The notes below the pieces were generated by a model. That model did no database searches, was not told where the DNA came from, and saw only the letters and a list, made by a program, of their open reading frames with translations. A DNA stretch of 32,000 bases from an uncultured archaeon (GTDB lineage: Archaea; Iainarchaeota; Iainarchaeia; Iainarchaeales; CSSED10-239). The stretch is from contig CAZCAP010000008.1 in assembly GCA_964496765.1 (NCBI GenBank), positions 1,646 through 33,645 of the forward strand, read 5' to 3'. How positions within the stretch are numbered: the first letter of the stretch is position 1; each line of letters begins with the position of its first letter. Shown here piece after piece: positions 9,678-18,418 of the stretch. A program made the translations under genes and the position numbers.

Positions 9678-9727
9678 TTCACTCACCTCTCCATATATAT
9701 TATGTTTTAGGAATGTATATCTTTTTT

Positions 9728-9752
9728 GGAGGGGGTGCGTGTCCAAGCAAAT
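9728..9752 (+). promoter_or_regulatory. G-rich motif GGAGGGGGTGCGTGTCCAAGCAAAT shared with the orc1 upstream region
   Basis: Near-identical (one gap, two substitutions plus a terminal A indel) to the minus-strand copy at 31801-31827; lies in the Bro-N/hel308 divergent intergenic region. Confidence 0.5.
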
Positions 9753-9812
9753 TAGGTTAAAACACATAAAAAACCATAATAATATATTAAGTTACATAAA
9801 TATATATGTTAT

Positions 9813-12029
9813 ATGAATAATAATGAAATAATAGAGAAGATACTTGAAATTAATGAATATTCTTCTCTAAACCCAGTTCAGGAGAAGGCATCAAAGCACA
9901 TTGGTGAAAGTTTAATTGTGTGTTCTCCAACAGCTTCTGGAAAAACAACTATTTTTGAACTATACTTACTTGATACAATCATAAATAGAAAGAAAAAAGT
10001 AGTTTACATCTCTCCTCTCAGGGCATTAACAAGTGAACATTATTTTGAAACTAGGAGAAAGTTCGCAAAGGAATTTGATTTAAAAATAGGATTATCAACA
10101 GGTGATCTTGATGAGTCTGTTAAGCACTTAGAGGGATATGATGTTCTTTTCCTAACCTATGAAAAGTTTGATTCAATTATTCGTCATTCTCCCACATGGT
10201 TATCAGAAGTTGGATTATTAACCATTGATGAGATTCACGAAATTGGATCTGATAGGGGATCAACCCTTGAGGTTCTTTTAACACAGGTGAAAATAAATTA
10301 TCCAGATATTAAGATGCTGGGGTTATCAGCAACCATTGGAAACCCTAATGAGGTTGCTTCATGGTTATCAGCTAAACTAATAAGATCAGACTATAGGCCA
10401 GTTCCTCTTGAAGTGGGAGTGCTCTATGATAATAAGCTTTATTTTGGAGAGCAAGTAATCAAGCTTGAGAACATTAAGAAGGATCATTCTCTTAATGGAA
10501 TAATTAAAGATACATTAATTAAACAGAAACAAATAATTGTTTTTTGTAATTCAAGAAAAAGCACAATATCCTTATCAGAAAAATATTCAAGAGAGGTTTA
10601 TTCTTTATTAAAGAATGAAGAAAAAGAAAAATTAAAAATGGTTTCAAGAAACGCGCTCTCTGCTCTCGAATCACCAACCAAGCAATGCTCTCTTCTTTCA
10701 AATGTTCTATCTTTTGGGGTTTGCTTTCATCATGCAGGACTTGTTTCAAAGCAAAGGCACCTAATTGAAGATGAATTTAAGAAAGGAAATATTAAAATTA
10801 TATTTGCAACCCCTACTCTTGCTGCTGGAATAAATCTTCCTGCTTTTAGGGTTGTTATTAATTCAATCTATAGATTTAACTTAACTGGATCTGCACCTTT
10901 AGCTGTTAATGAGATTATGCAAATGGTTGGAAGAGCAGGCAGACCAAGATATGATAAATCTGGGGAAGCATTAATTGTTGCAACAAAGGAAACGGACATA
11001 AATAAAATCTATGGATCATATATTAACGCAGAACCAACTAACATTGATTCACAATTATCTAAAATAAACAAACTAAGAGCACAATTGTTATCAATAATTA
11101 TTACAAACAATATAGAAAGCATAGATGATATTAATAAATTTATTTCAAAAACATTTTATTATAAGATATTTGGATCAACAAGCGAGATTAAGGAAAACAT
11201 TAGAGATATAGTTAATGAATTTATTGAATATGGGTTTGTTGAAAAAAAAGAAAAAAACAAAATCAGAATAACTGATCTTGGAAAAAAAGTATCTTTGCTT
11301 TATCTTGATCCAACCTCTGCTCATAGAATCATTGAGGATCTTGAAATTAAACAGGAAAAGCTTGAAAAGATAAATGATTTATCTCTATTGTTAACTCTTC
11401 TTAACACAACTGAGCTCTCTCCCTATCTTAATTACAAGGATGATAAGGAGGATAATTTGTTTACAATGTTTGAAGAACTAAAGCAAACAATCTTTTTTGA
11501 TTATGAAGATATTTACCTTCTTTCAAAGCTTTATGAAGCAAAGATGTTAAAGGATTGGATAAATGAAGTTTCTGAGGATAAGATAATTGATGAATACAAC
11601 ACATCTCCTGGACAAATAAGAGACATATTAACAAGAAGTGAATGGATTATTCATTGTATATTGGAGTTGTGCAAGTTTACTGGAAAGAATATTCATTTAT
11701 TTAAGATGTTTAAAGATTTGAAATTAAGATTAAAGTATGGAATCTCACAGGAATTAGTTTCTCTAGTAGAATTAAAAAATATTGGAAGAGTAAGAGCAAG
11801 AGCATTATTTTCAAGAGGAATGAAAACATCAAATGATATTAGAAAGGATCCAGATAAGTTCATATCAATTGTTGGAAGACCAGGTCTTATTACACTCGAA
11901 GAACTAAAGATAGAATACAGGAAAGAAGTGAAAGAACAAAAAGAAGAAGTTGTTTCAAAACCAATTGAAAAAAAAAAAGATAAAAAAGAAGAAAGCTATA
12001 AAAAACAAACTTCTCTTAAAGATTATTAG
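9813..12029 (+). CDS. hel308: Hel308 DNA helicase
   Basis: Superfamily 2 motifs SPTASGKTTIFE, DEIHEIG, LSATIGNPNEVASWL, FHHAGL, GRAGRPRYDKSG; 738 aa. Confidence 0.95.
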   Translation: MNNNEIIEKILEINEYSSLNPVQEKASKHIGESLIVCSPTASGKTTIFELYLLDTIINRKKKVVYISPLRALTSEHYFETRRKFAKEFDLKIGLSTGDLDESVKHLEGYDVLFLTYEKFDSIIRHSPTWLSEVGLLTIDEIHEIGSDRGSTLEVLLTQVKINYPDIKMLGLSATIGNPNEVASWLSAKLIRSDYRPVPLEVGVLYDNKLYFGEQVIKLENIKKDHSLNGIIKDTLIKQKQIIVFCNSRKSTISLSEKYSREVYSLLKNEEKEKLKMVSRNALSALESPTKQCSLLSNVLSFGVCFHHAGLVSKQRHLIEDEFKKGNIKIIFATPTLAAGINLPAFRVVINSIYRFNLTGSAPLAVNEIMQMVGRAGRPRYDKSGEALIVATKETDINKIYGSYINAEPTNIDSQLSKINKLRAQLLSIIITNNIESIDDINKFISKTFYYKIFGSTSEIKENIRDIVNEFIEYGFVEKKEKNKIRITDLGKKVSLLYLDPTSAHRIIEDLEIKQEKLEKINDLSLLLTLLNTTELSPYLNYKDDKEDNLFTMFEELKQTIFFDYEDIYLLSKLYEAKMLKDWINEVSEDKIIDEYNTSPGQIRDILTRSEWIIHCILELCKFTGKNIHLFKMFKDLKLRLKYGISQELVSLVELKNIGRVRARALFSRGMKTSNDIRKDPDKFISIVGRPGLITLEELKIEYRKEVKEQKEEVVSKPIEKKKDKKEESYKKQTSLKDY

Positions 12030-12041
12030 GAAAAGAATATT

Positions 12042-12113
12042 GCAGCTATAGTCTAGTGGTTAGGATGTAAGCTTCCCAAGCTTGAGACCCGAGTTCGAAT
12101 CTCGGTAGCTGCA
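12042..12113 (+). tRNA. tRNA-Gly(CCC)
   Basis: GCAGCTA...TAGCTGC acceptor, A73, anticodon arm TAAGC-TTCCCAA-GCTTG, T arm CCGAG-TTCGAAT-CTCGG. Confidence 0.95.
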
Positions 12114-12115
12114 CG

Positions 12116-12709
12116 TTGTGTTTAGAATCAATGGTAATTATCATGGAACTTGGAAAAACATTATATGTTACGACCAGACAGGAATGGCGAGCATGGCTTG
12201 CAAAAAACCATAACAAGAAAAATGAACTTTGGTTGGTGTACTATAGAAAATCTTCTGGTAAATCACGAATTCCATATAATGTTGCTGTAGAAGAAGCACT
12301 CTGTTATGGTTGGATTGATAGTATAATTAAAAAAGTTGATGAAAACTCGTTTGCACAGAGATTCACTCCAAGGAAACCAACAAGTCAACTTTCTGAACTA
12401 AACAAAGAAAGGATTAAAAGGCTAATTAAACAAAATCAAATGACACCCATGGGATTAAAAGCAATACAGCACGCATTTAATCCAAAAAAAGAAAAAAAGT
12501 TTATTGTTCCAAAACAAATACTTGCAGAAATAAAAAAAGAACCAGATGCATGGAAAAACTTTCAAAAAATGCCTCTCTGGTATAAAAAAATAAGAATAAG
12601 CTATATTGGATCTAGTGAACAGCAAGAAAAGAAAATATTTGAAAAAAGACTAAATTACTTTATAAAAATGACAGGAAAAAATAAAAGATTTGGTTTCTTA
12701 AAAGACTAA
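12116..12709 (+). CDS. YdeI/OmpD-associated family protein (bacteriocin-protection-like)
   Basis: MELGKTLYVTTRQEWRAWLAKNH...ELWLVYYRKSSGK...AVEEALCYGWIDS...RFTPRKPTSQLSELNKERI. The start is probably the internal ATG before ELGKT (about 12146). Confidence 0.88.
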   Translation: MCLESMVIIMELGKTLYVTTRQEWRAWLAKNHNKKNELWLVYYRKSSGKSRIPYNVAVEEALCYGWIDSIIKKVDENSFAQRFTPRKPTSQLSELNKERIKRLIKQNQMTPMGLKAIQHAFNPKKEKKFIVPKQILAEIKKEPDAWKNFQKMPLWYKKIRISYIGSSEQQEKKIFEKRLNYFIKMTGKNKRFGFLKD

Positions 12710-12720
12710 AAATAAATCAA

Positions 12721-13503
12721 TTACAATCTTTTTATAAATATTTTTTCTGTTAATATTTTGCTATCAAATTGATGTTCAAATTGAAATCCTCTTTTTTTAA
12801 AAGCTACTTTGACTTCATCATAAAACTTATTTAATTTTTTTCTAAAAATGATTGTTCGAAGATAATCAAATGGTTCAGTTAAAGTTAAGTCGGTTTTTGT
12901 AAATGTAATAAAAGCGCAACCTTCTTTGTTTAATGAATATGCGGTTTTTAAAAGCACATTTTTTTTAAGTTCATCTAGTGTATACTGAAAACCACCATAT
13001 GTTGAAAAAATAAGGTCTTGCTTTTTATCAGGAACAATACTTTTTGTTCCATTTTCATATTTCATTCTTTCAATTGGATTAACAATAATATGATCAATGT
13101 TTTTTGTTGAAGATAACTTCGTATCACTTGGATCAATAGTAATTCCAGTGGTTTCAACAATGTATTTGGATTGCAATTCTTTTTTTATTTCCTGTAGAAA
13201 TTTACCTTCCCCAAGCCCTTCATCCATGATACGTAGTTTTTTGTGTTTAAAATTAGCATTTATGAATTCAATTAAATTTTTTTCTTTAAATAAGGATTTA
13301 AATATATAATTATATTCTTGCAATCCCTTGTTCTTATTCCATTTAAGTGGTTTAAACCCATCACCAGGAATATATCTTTTTCTAATCTTTGCATTGTATT
13401 TTACATATTTTTTTCTAATTTCTTGTGTACGTAATTTTTTATAGATTTCTCTAACTTGTAATTCTGCCATCCCTCCCTTAGGAATTTTTTTAATAAGCAC
13501 CAT
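12721..13503 (-). CDS. Putative class I SAM-dependent methyltransferase
   Basis: Possible motif I LRIMDEGLGEGKFLQEI and downstream Rossmann-like pattern; specificity unknown. Start may be the internal Met at AELQV. Confidence 0.55.
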   Translation of the reverse strand: MVLIKKIPKGGMAELQVREIYKKLRTQEIRKKYVKYNAKIRKRYIPGDGFKPLKWNKNKGLQEYNYIFKSLFKEKNLIEFINANFKHKKLRIMDEGLGEGKFLQEIKKELQSKYIVETTGITIDPSDTKLSSTKNIDHIIVNPIERMKYENGTKSIVPDKKQDLIFSTYGGFQYTLDELKKNVLLKTAYSLNKEGCAFITFTKTDLTLTEPFDYLRTIIFRKKLNKFYDEVKVAFKKRGFQFEHQFDSKILTEKIFIKRL

Positions 13504-13614
13504 ACACTATCAACCTATATATATTACGTTATCTAATGATTTAAAAACAAATCTTTCTAATTGAATTAATTTAAATTATATATTTTCACAACTTAAAAAA
13601 GAAAATAGATTAAC

Positions 13615-13884
13615 CTATTTTCTTAGTTTTGAAGCAAATCTTGCCCTAGCCTTTTTTTCTGAGAGCTTGTTAGCTTTCTCAGTTAATGAGGCCATCTTAA
13701 TGGTTACCCACACAGCAATCACGGTTACAAGCACAGCATAAAAGATCATTGCAAATAAACCACTTGCGGCTCCAAATACTCTTTTGAATATTTCTTGTAT
13801 GGCTGTGTTCCATGCAAGTGCAGCAACCAATCCAAACGCAGCAATAATTAATGCGTTTAATTTTTCTAAAACTTCTTTATTCAT
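13615..13884 (-). CDS. DUF5654-like small membrane protein
   Basis: 89 aa: LNALIIAAFGLVAALAWNTAIQEIF...two hydrophobic helices. Confidence 0.7.
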   Translation of the reverse strand: MNKEVLEKLNALIIAAFGLVAALAWNTAIQEIFKRVFGAASGLFAMIFYAVLVTVIAVWVTIKMASLTEKANKLSEKKARARFASKLRK

Positions 13885-13914
13885 GTTTACCTATCTCCTT
13901 TTATTAAATTTAAT

Positions 13915-15180
13915 TTATCCAATGTTTTCCTGCTTGATTAATTCTCTTAGAAGAACAGTAGCATAGTTTCCTTTTGATAATGTAAATGAAATTATAAGTT
14001 TTTTATATCCTTCTTCTAGATGTCTCTCATCATCACCTATTTCAATTAGCTTTAATTGGTGGGCTTCTGTTTTAATATCCCGGTATTCTCCTTTGCTTGA
14101 GAGAACTGAATAATCTCGATTATAAAAATCATCAAACATTATTCCTTCTTTTGTGAGAAGCTCTTTTTCTAGTTCTCCTGCAAGACCTTCTGAAAAGGTT
14201 GATTGAAATCCAAACAAAGGTAATTGAACAGAACCATTTACTATCCTATCTCCATCAATTGGATTAAGCCCATATCCTCTATCTAATCTCATGTTTATTA
14301 GTTCATTGAAAAGATAGGATTGATAGGCATGTATGAAAAGATATTGAACTGCTTTTGGAAGAACCTGGATTGCTCCTAAATAATCATCAGGGTTCTTTGC
14401 TAAATGATTAAGCATTGCTGATTCATAACCAAAGGATGCAGGAAAGGATGATGCATGGTGGCCGAAATCAAGATCTTCCTTGAGAGCAGATCTTGCTGCC
14501 TTGATATCTTCGGTTTCAAAATCATTTGTTTCTGTTAAATATAAGATGATTCCTTCTTTGAATTTGCTTTTCATGAAAAGCTTGCCTACTCTGTGAGTTA
14601 TTTCTCTTGTTCCTCCAAACCTTTGTTCTCCAAAATAATTAATTAATCCATTTTTTTGGATTTGGGAGATGCATTCTTCTGTGATTGTTCTTATTTCTTC
14701 TTCAGCTAAATTTTTAATTTGTCTAATTGTAACAACAAATTTATTTTCCTTTAAATCTCCAATATCTATTCTTTTTTTGGACCAGGTTGGATCATAAACC
14801 TTAATTGTTTTAAAATAGAATTTTTTTAAACGTTCAAGACTTGGTTCAAAGATGGATATTCTTTGACTAGTTAATGCTCTCTTGTCCTTCAACCCAGCAT
14901 AGCCAATTCTTTTCTTACTTGTGTGAAGAAATCTTGACATTTGAGAAATAGCAACAGTTGTTGCAAGATTATTTTTTTCTAAAGTTAGATGAAGATAGTC
15001 TTCTTTATCTTGCTTTTCTGAAAAAACCTTATCCCAATCAAGCTCTGGGAGAAGTTTATCAGGAAGATATTTAACTTCAGTTATATAGTTTTCTCCAATT
15101 TCAGAAACAATAAAGTCTTCAGATATTTCTTTTATTCTTCCATTGATTGGAGAAGTGGTTGTTATGTATTTAAATTCCAT
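13915..15180 (-). CDS. truD: tRNA pseudouridine(13) synthase TruD
   Basis: KRIGYAGLKDKRALTSQ, NYFGEQRFG, PIDGDR, LPLFG motifs. Confidence 0.94.
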   Translation of the reverse strand: MEFKYITTTSPINGRIKEISEDFIVSEIGENYITEVKYLPDKLLPELDWDKVFSEKQDKEDYLHLTLEKNNLATTVAISQMSRFLHTSKKRIGYAGLKDKRALTSQRISIFEPSLERLKKFYFKTIKVYDPTWSKKRIDIGDLKENKFVVTIRQIKNLAEEEIRTITEECISQIQKNGLINYFGEQRFGGTREITHRVGKLFMKSKFKEGIILYLTETNDFETEDIKAARSALKEDLDFGHHASSFPASFGYESAMLNHLAKNPDDYLGAIQVLPKAVQYLFIHAYQSYLFNELINMRLDRGYGLNPIDGDRIVNGSVQLPLFGFQSTFSEGLAGELEKELLTKEGIMFDDFYNRDYSVLSSKGEYRDIKTEAHQLKLIEIGDDERHLEEGYKKLIISFTLSKGNYATVLLRELIKQENIG

Positions 15181-15200
15181 GAGTTATCGATTCTTTTAGT

Positions 15201-17945
15201 TTATACTTTATATCTTAGAAAAGCACCTAGTCCACCAAATGTTTCAAAGAATTGCTTTCCTTCTGGAGATTCAATTGAAATTAGTTCAACCTTAGTGCTT
15301 GTTTCTTCTGCAATCTCAACAAAGTAATCAAAGATATCTAGTTCTTCAATTAATTCTGAATCCTTGCCACAGGAGGAACAAACAATTGTTTCTTTCTTTT
15401 CTTCTTTTTCTGGATCTCTAATTATTTTATAATCAATATTGTTACACGAATTGCACTTGTACTTGTTTGCCATCCAGGTTATTCCTTCGGAGAGGAGGAT
15501 GCTATCCACTTGTCCAAGATTTAATGCATTCATTACCTCTCTATAACCATAGGTCGCAAGTTCATTCTTAGCAACCTTTTCAACAAACTTATTAACAAGT
15601 GCTCTTTCCTTCATTACTCCTACTTCTTTTAGAATATCTCCAGATTTATCAAGTATTTCTTTTATTCCTGATTCATCTGTGTAGGATGTGTCTATTGTTC
15701 CAAGAACCTTATCTCTTAGTCTATGATCAAGATCTCCTGCTTCTAAAAACCAATTTTTAGAATGCCCTGGTCCACCAACCACGATACCCTTAAGCTTTTC
15801 AATACCAACAAAGGTTGCATTTACTTTTTCTCCAACTCTTTTGTAAAAGTCCTCTTCAGCTTTTTCTCTAAGACGCTCGAAACGATGTGATGAATTATGA
15901 ACAACAAGCCCATTCGCAATAAAATTTTTATTTTTTACTGTGATGTCAACCATAGAGGTTGATGTTTGTTTTTGTATATGTATTTTACTTATTTTAACAG
16001 GAATTACTGGGTAATCCATTATCTTTTTTAGATCTATATATAATTTTTTATCTTTGATTTTCTTTAAGATTGAACTTTCAAAGGTTGCTTTACCCATCAT
16101 TCTTTTGTTATTAAAGAAAGCACTAACTTTTGGGAATAATTGAAGATTATATCCTTTTGTTTCAATTAATTTTCTAATAAAACTACCAGACATAATTATT
16201 TGTCTTGATCGTTCCATATTTGATTTTTTAGTGATTACTTTGTCAAGTATTATTTGTTTTTTCTTAGATGTAAATCCAATTTTTTTCTTAAATAATTGCA
16301 ATGATGCTTTTTCAGTAATTGATATTGTAAATCTATGATTATCCGTGTATGGGTTCATATAATTATCATATTCAACGAGTGATGAAATTATTGAAAATCT
16401 TAATAGAACTAATTGTATTTGCTGAGCCAATCTCTTGTTATTTATTCCAAAACCAACTCCTCTATCAAGATTAACATATCCTTCCGCATCAAATAATCCT
16501 TTTAAGAAGCTTGCAAGAATACTGTTTGGAGAACACAATATTTGTTTTGGAATTAATGTATCTCTTGCTTTCTTTAGCTCAGGGAATTCTTCTTTAATTA
16601 ATCTTACAAGAGGCCTGCTTGTAAATCTTAATTGATGATAATTTTTTGTCTCTCTGAATCTATAACTTGAATTTACTGAAAAATAAGAATCATATTTCTT
16701 TTTATATGCCAAAGCAACATCTTTATTCTGTTCAGAGAAGGAGATTCTATCCTCTTCAAAGTTTCCATCTCCAGCAAAATACCCCATAAACTGAGCAAAC
16801 ACTATATCTATTTTGGTTGGAAGCTTAATATTTGTATAAATTGTATTTATAGTGTATTTTTTTAAAAATGTAGAATAGTTTATTTTTAATTTATTACAAA
16901 TATTTTTTAAAAATTCTCTATTTATATTTACTTTTCCAATCTCAACACCTGAAATTGCAGTTTGGGTAACTCCTAAACTTTTTGCAAGTTCTTTTTGAAA
17001 TAGCTTTCTTTTTTCTCTTTCTTTTTTTAATAAACTTTTTCCTTCTTTTGTGATTGTAAATGAATTATAATATTTTTTTGAATCAATTACTTGAATAGTT
17101 CCTTTAACATCTATTTTTTCAGGCATTAATAAAGTATCTCCTTCTTTAAGATCTTCTGCTGTCTTTTCAATAACTTCAGTTCCTGTATGAACGAAGAAGA
17201 GATGATCTTTGCTGGATTGGATTTCAAGTCTTGGTTCCTTTGTTATAATTGTATAAATTTTGTTCTTCTTTACATCCCATTTGTTTGAAACTACAGAATC
17301 AAATAGATTATAATTATTAAAATTTATGGATTTAACATCTTGATTCTTGGATAGTTCTTTAATGTCAATTATGTTTCCATCAGCTAATTGAACAAATGCG
17401 TCTTTTAAACATTGACCTCCAGCACGTGATTTACCTGGAACAGCAGATGTTTCATTACTTATAATTTGAATTGCTTTCCCTCTAAGAATAGCAAGGGTTG
17501 CTTCTCTCTTATCAACAGCAATAAAACCATAAACTTCGTCTGTTTCAGCCATCTCTTCTAGTGGAGTTGTATGAAAAGAAGAATCACACCAATAAAGCTT
17601 GGTTGTTAATCTCTTTGGTGGAATAATTTCAAGAAGAGTAACATCTGATTTGGATGGATTAGTTGAAACGTCTCCTGAAAAAAGAACTAATCCATTTTCT
17701 GGAAGCTTGAAATCTATTTGTCTTAGATAATTAATTATTCTTTTTAGAGCTGCTTGAACATTTTTTCTAGTCTGAGAGCTCTTTATGTTTGATGATTGAC
17801 TTTGCTCATCAGTTAATTGCTTAGTAACTGTGCTTCTATCAGCATCAGGAGGAAGGTACACACTTATTAATTGGGTTCCTGTTCCTTTAAACTTCTTAAT
17901 TGCTTTTAATTTCTTTTTTAATAATAATAAATTTGTTTCATCCAT
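15201..17945 (-). CDS. prf1: Peptide chain release factor aRF1 precursor, interrupted by an in-frame intein
   Basis: N-extein 178 aa ending SAVPGKSRAGGQ; C-extein 230 aa beginning SSHRFERLREKAEEDFYKRVG and including KCNSC...CSSC; joined length 408 aa. Confidence 0.97.
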   Translation of the reverse strand: MDETNLLLLKKKLKAIKKFKGTGTQLISVYLPPDADRSTVTKQLTDEQSQSSNIKSSQTRKNVQAALKRIINYLRQIDFKLPENGLVLFSGDVSTNPSKSDVTLLEIIPPKRLTTKLYWCDSSFHTTPLEEMAETDEVYGFIAVDKREATLAILRGKAIQIISNETSAVPGKSRAGGQCLKDAFVQLADGNIIDIKELSKNQDVKSINFNNYNLFDSVVSNKWDVKKNKIYTIITKEPRLEIQSSKDHLFFVHTGTEVIEKTAEDLKEGDTLLMPEKIDVKGTIQVIDSKKYYNSFTITKEGKSLLKKEREKRKLFQKELAKSLGVTQTAISGVEIGKVNINREFLKNICNKLKINYSTFLKKYTINTIYTNIKLPTKIDIVFAQFMGYFAGDGNFEEDRISFSEQNKDVALAYKKKYDSYFSVNSSYRFRETKNYHQLRFTSRPLVRLIKEEFPELKKARDTLIPKQILCSPNSILASFLKGLFDAEGYVNLDRGVGFGINNKRLAQQIQLVLLRFSIISSLVEYDNYMNPYTDNHRFTISITEKASLQLFKKKIGFTSKKKQIILDKVITKKSNMERSRQIIMSGSFIRKLIETKGYNLQLFPKVSAFFNNKRMMGKATFESSILKKIKDKKLYIDLKKIMDYPVIPVKISKIHIQKQTSTSMVDITVKNKNFIANGLVVHNSSHRFERLREKAEEDFYKRVGEKVNATFVGIEKLKGIVVGGPGHSKNWFLEAGDLDHRLRDKVLGTIDTSYTDESGIKEILDKSGDILKEVGVMKERALVNKFVEKVAKNELATYGYREVMNALNLGQVDSILLSEGITWMANKYKCNSCNNIDYKIIRDPEKEEKKETIVCSSCGKDSELIEELDIFDYFVEIAEETSTKVELISIESPEGKQFFETFGGLGAFLRYKV
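15894..17411 (-). other. Intein (506 aa) in aRF1 with LAGLIDADG homing endonuclease and internal XRE-like HTH
   Basis: First residue Cys (TGT at 17409-17411), C-terminus FIANGLVVHN (HN) followed by +1 Ser; block-B-like SSKDHLFFV; LAGLIDADG motifs FMGYFAGDG and FLKGLFDAEG; no stop codon through the element. Confidence 0.97.
16866..17039 (-). other. XRE/Cro-like helix-turn-helix embedded in the intein
   Basis: LLKKEREKRKLFQKELAKSLGVTQTAISGVEIGKVNINREFLKNICNKLKINYSTF matches the HTH_3 pattern. Confidence 0.85.
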
Positions 17946-17995
17946 AAATATACCTAGTTTATCTATATAATATCTGTTACGATATATAGAAATAG

Positions 17996-18412
17996 CTATC
18001 CATTAATAACTTCAGTTATATAAAATACTGACTTAACTTGATCATTTCTATAATCATAGGTTATTCTCAGAGAAGGATAGATAATCACATAATAATCAGA
18101 GTTGTTTATTTTGTTAACAAATGGATCTCCGATCATGTATGGCTTGTAGCTTGAAATAACCACAATTTCGTTATTTAATAGTTTTTGTATAACCTGTTCG
18201 TCCGTTGGTGCTTGATCTCCAATTCCAGAGATTCCTAAAAATAAAGAATAAACAAATAATATAATTATAAGTATAACTAGGAAAATCTTAATCCTTGAAA
18301 TAGAAGATAATTTACTTAATCTTTTTGAACTTCTTGGATGATTAATTATTACTTCAGTTTTTGATTTTTGGTTTTTACTTACAACCTTCTTTTTTGTAAT
18401 TTTCTTTTTCAA
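17996..18412 (-). CDS. Hypothetical membrane-anchored protein
   Basis: 138 aa, basic N-terminus then transmembrane segment IKIFLVILIIILFVYSLFLGISG. Confidence 0.65.
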   Translation of the reverse strand: MKKKITKKKVVSKNQKSKTEVIINHPRSSKRLSKLSSISRIKIFLVILIIILFVYSLFLGISGIGDQAPTDEQVIQKLLNNEIVVISSYKPYMIGDPFVNKINNSDYYVIIYPSLRITYDYRNDQVKSVFYITEVING

Positions 18413-18418
18413 GTTATT

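Noticed and set aside
9678-9767. N-terminal extension of the Bro-N ORF (MCFNLICLDTHPLQKRYTFLKHNIYGEVSE)
   Set aside because: Falls over a TATA-like stretch and the G-rich motif, does not look like Bro-N sequence, and a GTG with GGTGA upstream sits closer to the domain
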